Assembly (NCBI GenBank): GCA_964505035.1 | Contig: CAZDGK010000001.1 | Span: forward strand, 12,270-76,269 | Length of the DNA stretch: 64,000 nucleotides | From: an uncultured Candidatus Saccharimonadales bacterium | Lineage (GTDB): Bacteria > Patescibacteriota > Saccharimonadia > UBA4664 | Direction of reading: 5' to 3' | Part shown: one piece after another, positions 1 through 7,903 of the stretch | Layout of the letters: every line of letters starts with the position of its first letter | Numbering within the stretch: position 1 is the stretch's first letter | Made by a program: the position numbers and the translations under genes | The notes under the pieces: model-generated | What the model was told of the DNA's origin: nothing | What the model saw: the letters and a program-made list of their open reading frames with translations, nothing else | The model's database searches: none

Positions 1-13
1 GGATGTAGACTTT

Positions 14-658
14 ATGGTTATAACCAGTCCGACCCACTGGATGGGCCACGAAGAACTTGGCCAACGTGCCGATGAAACTGGTCAAATCGTTTCGCAAACA
101 ATTTCTGAAGAACTTGCGGCACGCGGTGGAAACCCTACCCGCCTTATTAACACTAGCGACAACATTCACGGCGATCTTACCAGGCAGCATAGAGGCATTG
201 AAGAAGCCCGCCTATTCAATGATCGCCAATTTACGGCGTTCATGCGCGAGCGCTACGGTGGCCAAGGTCGCGAATTTTGGGATGCGGTTAATGCAGACAC
301 CCACCGTGAACTGCGCGAAAGCCTGGGAGCAGAAGGGCCAGAAGATGTTGCCGCTAGGGTCCAGAGAACAATCGACCTCATTGCGCGTTTTGGCGAATAC
401 TACGAGCATCGCAACCCTGGTCGCAGGCTAGCGACGTTTATTATTACTCACCAAGAAGATCTTGAACCTTACGCGCAGCGTCGGCTAGGTGTTGCACCTG
501 CCGATTTCCAGCCTGGTTACAACGACGGCCTAGAAATCGCCATAGGCGCCGATGGGACAGCGACTGCCACGGTAAATGGACGAGAGTATGAAGCACCGGT
601 AACAACCAATCGGCCCCTTCCAGAGCGACAGCCAGGCGAGGCCGAACCAGGTGAGTAA
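14..658 (+). CDS. Hypothetical protein, probably 5'-truncated by the window edge. It lies in the low-GC island and overlaps the start of the next gene.
   Basis: The reading frame is open back to nt 2. The stop overlaps the start of the 651..3125 ORF. Local GC is about 45-55%. No motif I recognise. Confidence 0.4.
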   Translation: MVITSPTHWMGHEELGQRADETGQIVSQTISEELAARGGNPTRLINTSDNIHGDLTRQHRGIEEARLFNDRQFTAFMRERYGGQGREFWDAVNADTHRELRESLGAEGPEDVAARVQRTIDLIARFGEYYEHRNPGRRLATFIITHQEDLEPYAQRRLGVAPADFQPGYNDGLEIAIGADGTATATVNGREYEAPVTTNRPLPERQPGEAEPGE

Positions 659-3125
659 AAAGCTGAATTTTATACCGATGTACGAGATCGGTATGATCTC
701 GCCGCTTTACCCATGTATCGAGAACGGAGCCACATTTACCGATTTAATGCCGAAACTCGGTTTTTATGGCGACAAACACTTTTTGCTGTATTCAAACTTC
801 AATCTGGCTACCGCATACTACGAAGCCGACGAAATGTTACTATCAGGCAGGTATACATTTAGGCACTTGTCGAAGCCAACGCAGTTCACCCATTTTGTAA
901 ACGGCGTACATGAATCTGTTGCTAGAATACGTCAGTTCCTAGATAGGCTCGATAAGTTGGATGTTTGGACTATGCCGCAGGCAGAGCTAATAGACTTGCT
1001 TATAGAAAACAGCGAGATCGAAGCTAACATCTTCGCCTACTATAACAACACCCAACCTCAGAATTTCGCCATATTTGAACAAAAAATTATGGCGGCTCTG
1101 CGCAAAAAAGGCTTAGCCGAAGACGAAGCAATAGCAGCCATGTCGACGCTAACAACGTCTGAAGTCCCCACCCGTCTTAGCGAAGACGAATCCGACTGGC
1201 TACGTTTGGTCTTGGCGGCCAAACAGCAGCTTCCTTCTGACTGGAAAGCAATACGGCTGGAAAAGACCCACCCTGGCATTTACTCAAAGCTGCAAAAGCA
1301 CTTTGACGTTTATAAAACCCTACTGCTCGGCGATGGAAACTGGCAGCCTGATGTCAGCCATTATGTAAGCCTTCTCCGCAATGACATTGTTCGCCCGGCT
1401 GTTGAGCTGAATGAACGCCTAAAAGAACTAACCCAGTTTGCGACCAAGACTAAAGTGGCTAAAGCCGCACTCATTAAGCGCCTGGCGCTAACTGACGACA
1501 TAGTATTTTATGCTCATGTTATTAGCGAAGTAGGACATGTAAGGCTAATGATGCGAATAGATGGATTTATGCCGCTCGCCTATGCCAACGACAAGCCAAT
1601 CGTCGAGGCCCTAGCCCGCACATACAAGCTAGGTTCCCCAGAATTCAGATACATCACCTATGATGAGCTACTTAGCCTGCGCTCAAAGAATCCGCAACTA
1701 AACGCAGCAGAACTGAAGCGCCGGTTCAAGGAAAAGCACTTCCTTCTGATAGTAAACAATGGCAAGTACGAAATGTTGTTTGGCAAAAGTGCAGATATGG
1801 CCTTCGCCAAACTTGTGCCAGAAGCAAATTACTATACCGTAGAAGAGTTGTCGGGTAGTACAGCAATGGGCGGTCGCGTCAAAGGTATGGCCGTTGTATT
1901 TAACTGGGGTGACAATCTGCAAGATGCGCTAGACAAACTGCCTAAAGATGCCATTTTGGTGGCCGGTCAGACTAGGCCGCAGCTAATGCCATTAATCCGC
2001 GCGAGTAAAGGAATTATTACCGACGAGGGTGGTGTTATGAGCCACGCTGCGATAGTTGCTCGCGAGTTAGAAATGCCATGCATCGTAGGAACAAAAGTAG
2101 CGACAAAAGTGCTAAGGACAGGCGACTTAATCGAGCTAGATGCTGACAACGGTGTAATTAAGGTTATAGAGCACACTAACAAGACCAAAGCCGCACTATC
2201 TTACAAACGTATGTCTGCAACACAAAAGACAAAGAAGCTTGCCGGTAAGCCGGCAAGCACAACGTTGGTCGTTCAGCCCATTCTGCAATTCGATGAAATT
2301 AAGCAAGGCGAAACGGGTCTGGTTGGCGGTAAGGGCGGATCACTAGCTGCACTTTCGCGGGCGGGGCTGCCAGTTCCACCAGGGTTTGTGGTTACTACAG
2401 AATGCTTTAGGGCGTTTTCGACAAGCAAGATACCCGGCGACGTTCAAAAGAAGATCCTCGCAGCCTTCGACAAACTAGGGATAGATTATGTTGCGGTTCG
2501 GTCTTCGGCGATTGCAGAAGATTCTAAAGACACGTCCTGGGCCGGCCAGTTCGATACCCTATTGAATGTTACTCGCGATGGTTTAATTGCAGCAATTCAG
2601 AGCTGCTGGTATTCTGCCGAATCTGACTTGGTGCAGGATTATGCCAAAGATAACAAAATCGGGCGCGAAGATTTGGCACTTGCAGTGGTGGTTCAGGCAA
2701 TGGTTTCTAGTGATGTGTCTGGCGTGGCGTTTACCCACAACCCAGTTACCGGCGCCGCAAACGAAATAATGATAGAGGCCTGCTTTGGACTTGGTGAGAT
2801 GTTAGTCCAGGGCATGGTGACGCCAGATAACTTCTTGGTTGATAAGCAAGATTTAAGCGTTATGTCGCACGCGGCCAATAAACAACAGGTCATGCTCAGT
2901 TATGTGAAGGGCCAAAACATTGAGCTGCCCGTGCCTAACCCTAAAGCCAGTAAGCTTACTAAAACCCAACTGTTGGTAGTCGCTGGCCTTGCAAAGCGCA
3001 TAGAAGACTTCTACGGCACACCTCAAGACATTGAATGGGCGATGTCTAAGGGCCGAGTATACATAGTCCAATCACGCCCCATCACAACGCTGAAATCTTC
3101 TCGTCGTAAGGCGTCAAAGACCTAG
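651..3125 (+). CDS. PEP-utilising-enzyme / rifampin-phosphotransferase-like protein with permuted domain order: an N-terminal domain of unknown function, then a swivel phosphohistidine domain, then a C-terminal PPDK_N-type ATP-grasp domain.
   Basis: Phosphohistidine domain motif: 'GIITDEGGVMSHAAIVARELEMPCIVG'. The C-terminal half carries 'GGKGGSLAAL...LPVPPGFVVT...VAVRSSAIAEDS....IVQSRPIT', typical of the PEP-synthase/PPDK N-terminal nucleotide-binding domain. 824 aa. GC about 45% versus about 63% elsewhere. Confidence 0.75.
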   Translation: MSKKLNFIPMYEIGMISPLYPCIENGATFTDLMPKLGFYGDKHFLLYSNFNLATAYYEADEMLLSGRYTFRHLSKPTQFTHFVNGVHESVARIRQFLDRLDKLDVWTMPQAELIDLLIENSEIEANIFAYYNNTQPQNFAIFEQKIMAALRKKGLAEDEAIAAMSTLTTSEVPTRLSEDESDWLRLVLAAKQQLPSDWKAIRLEKTHPGIYSKLQKHFDVYKTLLLGDGNWQPDVSHYVSLLRNDIVRPAVELNERLKELTQFATKTKVAKAALIKRLALTDDIVFYAHVISEVGHVRLMMRIDGFMPLAYANDKPIVEALARTYKLGSPEFRYITYDELLSLRSKNPQLNAAELKRRFKEKHFLLIVNNGKYEMLFGKSADMAFAKLVPEANYYTVEELSGSTAMGGRVKGMAVVFNWGDNLQDALDKLPKDAILVAGQTRPQLMPLIRASKGIITDEGGVMSHAAIVARELEMPCIVGTKVATKVLRTGDLIELDADNGVIKVIEHTNKTKAALSYKRMSATQKTKKLAGKPASTTLVVQPILQFDEIKQGETGLVGGKGGSLAALSRAGLPVPPGFVVTTECFRAFSTSKIPGDVQKKILAAFDKLGIDYVAVRSSAIAEDSKDTSWAGQFDTLLNVTRDGLIAAIQSCWYSAESDLVQDYAKDNKIGREDLALAVVVQAMVSSDVSGVAFTHNPVTGAANEIMIEACFGLGEMLVQGMVTPDNFLVDKQDLSVMSHAANKQQVMLSYVKGQNIELPVPNPKASKLTKTQLLVVAGLAKRIEDFYGTPQDIEWAMSKGRVYIVQSRPITTLKSSRRKASKT

Positions 3126-3534
3126 CAAATAACTTTGTGGCTTACTGCCGGCCGGCATTACAACGAGATTGCCTGCTCTACCCTCAAGGATGTAGTACAT
3201 GAAATCTGACTCATGTTCAACGAGTGTGGTTTCGTGTCCATTTTCCGCGTCGATCAGTACAAAACCGGCTTTGTCGCTTAGTTCCCGGCTGGGAAATATT
3301 TTGCCTTAATGCCGACTTTATCAAAAGAAATAGTCGAGGGTTCATGAATTACATACATGCTGAGTGTATAGCGAATCTATGTCATAGCTATGTGGACCTT
3401 GCAAAAGTTTGGACATCCTATCTCTCCTGCCAGTAATTATCTATTTATTGCCTCCACAAAGCCCTGGCTGGTATACTATGCCAGACCTCAATCAGTCTGT
3501 CCGGATTCGTCCGGCAGCTCAGAAGGGTGGCGAC

Positions 3535-4041
3535 ATGTCCGACATACAGCCAATAACGAGCGGACCATGGTATTACTGTGCCCTCGTGACCATCCTCGTT
3601 GGATGGCCCCTCACGCTCGACGCGCTTTTGCGCTGGCCCTCCAGCTATCGCAAAGCCGGCCTGCACAAGTGGAAGTGGGTCACAGCGGCCCTCCTCTCCA
3701 ATCTGCTGTTCTACCCGGGGCTCGTCTTCGCGATCGTCTATCTCTTCAGCGCACGCGCTAAAATCAGGGCGACCAAACCCCGCCCCATACGCGATGCGTT
3801 CCGGGAAGCGAGAGAAACCAGCAACTCCGGCGGCTCCGGCAGCACCAGCGGCTCCACCACTGGTAGCGGACGGGGATCGACCGGCAGCAAGCGGCAATCG
3901 TTTATGCCGGACCGGCCGGCACATGTGCCAACCAAGCGGACACCCGTGCCCTGCGGCGCATGCCGGGCGACCGGACGCAACCCAGACGGCACCGTCTGCA
4001 CCTCGTGCGGCGGAAGCCGCAATGTGATTGGCACCTTCTAA
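3535..4041 (+). CDS. Small membrane protein (2-3 TM helices) with a C-terminal double CxxCxGxG (DnaJ-type) zinc-finger motif.
   Basis: An AGAAGGG Shine-Dalgarno (SD) sequence precedes the ATG at 3535. Hydrophobic segments present. C-terminus reads 'CGACRATGRNPDGTVCTSCGGSR'. An upstream in-frame extension to 3409 is possible. Confidence 0.5.
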   Translation: MSDIQPITSGPWYYCALVTILVGWPLTLDALLRWPSSYRKAGLHKWKWVTAALLSNLLFYPGLVFAIVYLFSARAKIRATKPRPIRDAFREARETSNSGGSGSTSGSTTGSGRGSTGSKRQSFMPDRPAHVPTKRTPVPCGACRATGRNPDGTVCTSCGGSRNVIGTF

Positions 4042-4209
4042 CACTAGGCGCCACTTCAACAGTCCGGCCTCGTGCAGAGGCCGGACTGTTTCATTTCTTC
4101 CGCAAAGTCTCGGTTAACATCCTGCCACCCCTTCCATGAACTATAATTCTGCACAAGAAAGACCCGCCCAAGAGGCGGGCCTGTCTTGTCTAGGGTTTCG
4201 TGGCTGCTG

Positions 4210-4650
4210 TTAGAATATTTTGAAGGATGAGATTCTGTCGTTCAGCGCACTTCCTACCCAGGGCACGAAGCCACCTTGGGCGCTGGTTGTGATCCAGCCG
4301 GCACCGCCGCCGGTACAGTTGTTTGTGTCATAGAAGTACACAATGCTGCCATAGTTTAGGTTTGAAACCAGAGAGCTTGCCCGGTTGTCAAACGAGAAAG
4401 CGCCATTAACCATAGGGATGCAGGTATTGGCTGGCGGCACACTAAAACCTACCTGCGTGCCGCTATAGTTAATGTCTTGCCAGAAACAGATCGAATTCGA
4501 CCAACACGCGGCCTGGGCGGTTGCTGTCTGCACCATGGCTAGCGGCGAAACGAAAGCCAAGCTCATGCTGAGCAAGACCAGCGCATGGCGGGCAAGTTTA
4601 ATGTTACGGAGTCTTAGTGCGCCCGAGCGCACCGTCTGAAGAAACTTCAT
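4210..4650 (-). CDS. Secreted protein with a beta/gamma-crystallin (peptidase-inhibitor I36 / killer-toxin-like) fold.
   Basis: Signal peptide 'MKFLQTVRSGALRLRNIKLARHALVLLSMSLAFVSPLAMVQTATAQA'. A GGAGGG SD precedes the ATG at 4650. Paired Cys/Tyr/Trp motifs ('CWSNSICFWQDINYSG', 'FDNRASS', 'NDRISSFKI'). Confidence 0.5.
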   Translation of the reverse strand: MKFLQTVRSGALRLRNIKLARHALVLLSMSLAFVSPLAMVQTATAQAACWSNSICFWQDINYSGTQVGFSVPPANTCIPMVNGAFSFDNRASSLVSNLNYGSIVYFYDTNNCTGGGAGWITTSAQGGFVPWVGSALNDRISSFKIF

Positions 4651-4751
4651 ACGACCCTCCAGTGAATTTGTAAAATACACCCTAGTAATTTCATTATAAC
4701 GCTTATGTCTAGTCCGGTCGGTCAAGGGATTACTTCTGGTATACTCTGCTT

Positions 4752-5939
4752 ATGGTTAAGGCCGCTTCTACTCCCGCCACAGCCAGCGCAATCCAGCTCA
4801 GTGCCTGGGCAATAATTGTGCTTACGGTCATCGCCGGCGCTGCCACCCTGCTCATGCCGGCGCCGGCTGGCCAATCTGCCGGCACCTTCCACGGTGAGTT
4901 CGCCACCTCACTGATGGTCGTAGTACTCAATTTGGGCGCTGCCGCCTTATTCCTGGTCAGCCTGGGCGGCTTCAGCGCCAAGCTCAAATTAGCCTACGTA
5001 GCCATGTGTGCCGCCTTCGTGGCTCAGAGTATCGGCTTCGTCCAAATCCCGTTGCTCAGTATTGCAGGCGAGCTCGGTTCGGCTTGGGTCAAGCAAGGCT
5101 GGGTGGTGCTGCCGTTCCTGTCCAGCGCCCTACTGACCTATTTTGGCGTCCGCGGGTTTGCCCGGTTATTTGGGGTGCGCGGGTGGCTGACATCCATCAG
5201 CCTCACTCAAGCAATCGTGGTCGCGGTAGCGGTCCTGCTCACGTTTATGCCGCACGCACCCTGGCACGAGTCCGAATTTTCCTTCGATGCCACCATCGCG
5301 CTCGAAGTCATTTCAGGGCTGGAGTGCACCTTTGCCGCCATGCTGGCCTTTCAGGTCAGTCGCCAGTCTAGCCAGCTCTACAAGCTACCGATGCAGCTCC
5401 TTACTGCCGGGCTCATTAGCGAGATTGCTAGCGTCCTCATCCAGGTACCGGCAGCTTTCCTGCTCACCAACGGTCTCGACTTGACGGCCAATGGCACAGC
5501 CATCGCGCCCCAAGTTGTCGGTGGAGTTATCTTGGTCTGGGCGGCGGTAGCCTTCCATGGCGTGCCATCGCGAGAACAAGCCGCTCTGCCGAGCGCAGTC
5601 TCAGAAGCCGGCCGGACCGCCCTCGACGCCGTGATGAGCCTGGCCAGCCTTGTCTCCGCGCCCGCCGGTATCGAATCATCCAGTGAGACACTGCGAGTAA
5701 TTACCTCCAATCTCCAGCCCGGTCAGGCCATTTCGCCCGAGGACGAGGACCGTCTGGCGCAATGTTATCTCGCCATCGAGAGCTACCTGGACAAGCGCGA
5801 GTTGGTCAGGCCTCAGCCGGTCGCCGCCATGCGCAACCGCACCGAGCTGGTATATGGCGAGGCGCTCACCCAGTCTAAGTTTTGGCAGACCGTTCGCCAG
5901 ACTCCTCCAGGTGCCGGACCCGCCCTCTCCAGCGCGTAG
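4752..5939 (+). CDS. Polytopic integral membrane protein of unknown function.
   Basis: 395-aa ORF with at least 8 hydrophobic helices and GC3-biased codons. Confidence 0.6.
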   Translation: MVKAASTPATASAIQLSAWAIIVLTVIAGAATLLMPAPAGQSAGTFHGEFATSLMVVVLNLGAAALFLVSLGGFSAKLKLAYVAMCAAFVAQSIGFVQIPLLSIAGELGSAWVKQGWVVLPFLSSALLTYFGVRGFARLFGVRGWLTSISLTQAIVVAVAVLLTFMPHAPWHESEFSFDATIALEVISGLECTFAAMLAFQVSRQSSQLYKLPMQLLTAGLISEIASVLIQVPAAFLLTNGLDLTANGTAIAPQVVGGVILVWAAVAFHGVPSREQAALPSAVSEAGRTALDAVMSLASLVSAPAGIESSSETLRVITSNLQPGQAISPEDEDRLAQCYLAIESYLDKRELVRPQPVAAMRNRTELVYGEALTQSKFWQTVRQTPPGAGPALSSA

Positions 5940-6010
5940 TCGATTATTTACAAAGCCAGTAAAAAAGTTTAATATAGGCAAGTCCAGTCCCAACTCCATA
6001 GGAGTGGCCC

Positions 6011-6367
6011 ATGAATCTACACATGTTCAACACCGAGGACGGCTACGCGCTCTGGGGCGCGTTCCTGACCGGCACTCACAACGACGGCGATGGCGGCATT
6101 CACATCTACGAGTGGTGGTTCACCATCGCCCGCACCGAGGAAGAGGCCCGTAAGACCCTGGAGGGTCCGGCAGAGGCGCGCAAGGCGCGATTCAGCTGGC
6201 ACGCGCACGATCCCGGCACCATCGAGTACCGGACCATCGGCCCGTCAGAGCTGGTCGTCTGCTGGCGTCTCCCCGTCGGCGACCACTACCTCAAGCCGGT
6301 GAAGCTGACGCATCCCAGCGCCAGCGGTCTCAACGTGACGGCCGCGCTGATCGACATGCGCAGCTAG
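6011..6367 (+). CDS. Hypothetical cytoplasmic protein.
   Basis: GGAG sits 7 nt before the ATG. Strong GC3 codon bias. No recognisable motif. Confidence 0.5.
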   Translation: MNLHMFNTEDGYALWGAFLTGTHNDGDGGIHIYEWWFTIARTEEEARKTLEGPAEARKARFSWHAHDPGTIEYRTIGPSELVVCWRLPVGDHYLKPVKLTHPSASGLNVTAALIDMRS

Positions 6368-6434
6368 TCACCACAGTGGCGGTAGCTGAACATCTCAGCT
6401 GCCGCTATTTATTTTAGGTTTTAGTCAAACAAGG

Positions 6435-6462
6435 TTGACACACCCCAGCAGCTTGCTACACT
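6435..6462 (+). promoter_or_regulatory. Sigma70-like promoter: TTGACA, 16-nt spacer, TACACT.
   Basis: TTGACA at 6435-6440 and TACACT at 6457-6462, immediately before the GTG start at 6466. This would give a leaderless transcript. Confidence 0.4.
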
Positions 6463-6465
6463 GTC

Positions 6466-6918
6466 GTGGTGACAAAAATCACTGAGTTCTCGTTCGAGAT
6501 CCGTTACACCGGCAACCCTCAGATCGGCAGCGGCGTGTTCGCCACTCACTCCATCGAGGCGGGCGCCATCATCCCCGGCGGCATATTGCTGCCCAGGCGC
6601 TCAGACTGCCGCGTGCTCCACGAATCCGACTTCCCGTCGGGGCTCAAGCACTTCACCAAGTACTGCGTCGCCAAGGACGTCGACGAGTGGTACTGCCCAT
6701 GGGACTTTGCTCGCATGGAAAACGGCTGGCGACTCAACCACGCCGACGAGCATGCCCAGGATCCAGCCGCCCAGCCGAGCCTCCGAATTGGCCCAGACTG
6801 GGAGCTGGAAGTCGTGCGGTTCATCGCCGCCGACGACGAAGTGCGCTGCGACTACAACCAGTTCGGCGAACCAATCCGCCGGCGCAAGCCCTACTACTAC
6901 AAGGGCGTAGTAGACTAG
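6466..6918 (+). CDS. SET-domain protein, a putative protein-lysine methyltransferase.
   Basis: 'GSGVFATHSIEAGAII' matches the SET N-terminal GxG region. 'RLNHADEH' is NHxC-like. 'EVRCDYNQFG' is ELxFDY-like. 150 aa. Confidence 0.55.
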   Translation: MVTKITEFSFEIRYTGNPQIGSGVFATHSIEAGAIIPGGILLPRRSDCRVLHESDFPSGLKHFTKYCVAKDVDEWYCPWDFARMENGWRLNHADEHAQDPAAQPSLRIGPDWELEVVRFIAADDEVRCDYNQFGEPIRRRKPYYYKGVVD

Positions 6919-6937
6919 GCGCGCCGCCCCCAAACTT

Positions 6938-6976
6938 GCCCGTCCGGTATTCATCCGGGCGGGCCATTTCTTTTGC
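6938..6976 (+). terminator. Rho-independent terminator.
   Basis: GCCCGTCCGG-tattca-TCCGGGCGGGC stem, including one G.U pair, followed by CATTTCTTTTG. Confidence 0.5.
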
Positions 6977-6988
6977 TACAATACTCTT

Positions 6989-7822
6989 GTGCTTATTAAG
7001 CGATTATCAATCACCGCGCTCGCCTGCCTCGCATTCTTAGCTACCACTGGCTCCATCCAGGCCGCCACCAATGCCTTGGCTCAGATCTTTACCGCCAGCA
7101 GTGCTAAGGGCAAGATCGTAGCCGGTGCGCTTGTTAGCGCCCAGCCGGGTGCGTCTGGTAGTGTCGAGCTGGCCGATGCCGCCACCGCCGACCGGCTCGT
7201 AGGCATAGCAGCCCAGGATGCCGTACTGGTCATCACGGGCAACACCTCGGCCGCCTCAGCATCCGCCAGCCAAGTTCAGGTTGTCCTAAGCGGCTCGGCC
7301 AGCGTGCTCGTCAGCGACCTGAATGGCTCCATCAAAGCCGGCGACCGCATCACCGCCTCGCCAATCGCCGGCGTGGGCATGCGGGCAGGTGGCAGTAGCC
7401 AGATTGTCGGCATTGCCCAGACCGATCTCAAAACCGCCACCGCCGCTACCCGCAGCATCACCGATGTGCATGGCGCCAGCCACAGCGTGCACGTCGGCAA
7501 CGTCCAGCTGCAAGTCGGCATCGGCAGCTACCAGGCACCCGGCAGCAACTACCTGCCGCCAGCCCTGCAGAGCCTGGCAGACAGCATCGCCGGCCGGTCC
7601 GTCTCGCTAGCCCGCATTATCATCTGCAGCCTGCTGCTGCTAGTGGCGCTGGTTAGCGTAGGCGTCCTCATCTTCACCGCCACGCGCTTTGCCATGATCG
7701 CGCTAGGTCGCAACCCGCTGGCGGCTTCCGGCATCCGCAAGAGCCTCTACCAAGTCATCTTTGTATCGGTCGTCATCGTCGGTGGGGCCTTGCTCGCCAG
7801 CTACATTGTCCTGACGCTTTAG
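6989..7822 (+). CDS. Secreted or membrane-anchored Ala/Ser-rich protein with a signal peptide and C-terminal TM helices.
   Basis: Signal peptide 'MLIKRLSITALACLAFLATTGSIQAAT'. Two hydrophobic helices at the C-terminus. GTG start with TACAAT 7 nt upstream. Confidence 0.55.
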   Translation: MLIKRLSITALACLAFLATTGSIQAATNALAQIFTASSAKGKIVAGALVSAQPGASGSVELADAATADRLVGIAAQDAVLVITGNTSAASASASQVQVVLSGSASVLVSDLNGSIKAGDRITASPIAGVGMRAGGSSQIVGIAQTDLKTATAATRSITDVHGASHSVHVGNVQLQVGIGSYQAPGSNYLPPALQSLADSIAGRSVSLARIIICSLLLLVALVSVGVLIFTATRFAMIALGRNPLAASGIRKSLYQVIFVSVVIVGGALLASYIVLTL

Positions 7823-7903
7823 CAGTGCCCAAAGCGGTTGCCTCAGGCCACACCTTAAGGTTAAGCTTAAGAGGAAACGTGACGAGGAGTAGCCGCGCCA
7901 TCC

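Noticed and set aside
3445-4059. Long antisense or out-of-frame ORFs inside high-GC genes (for example 3445..4059-, 8267..8764-, 16292..16999+, 24022..24507-, 29244..30305+, 33199..33645+, 36429..37046-, 44694..45263-).
   Set aside because: These are typical GC-rich frame artefacts. Their products are Arg/Pro/Ala-rich with no motifs, and they lie opposite or overlapping ORFs with clear homology or GC3 bias.
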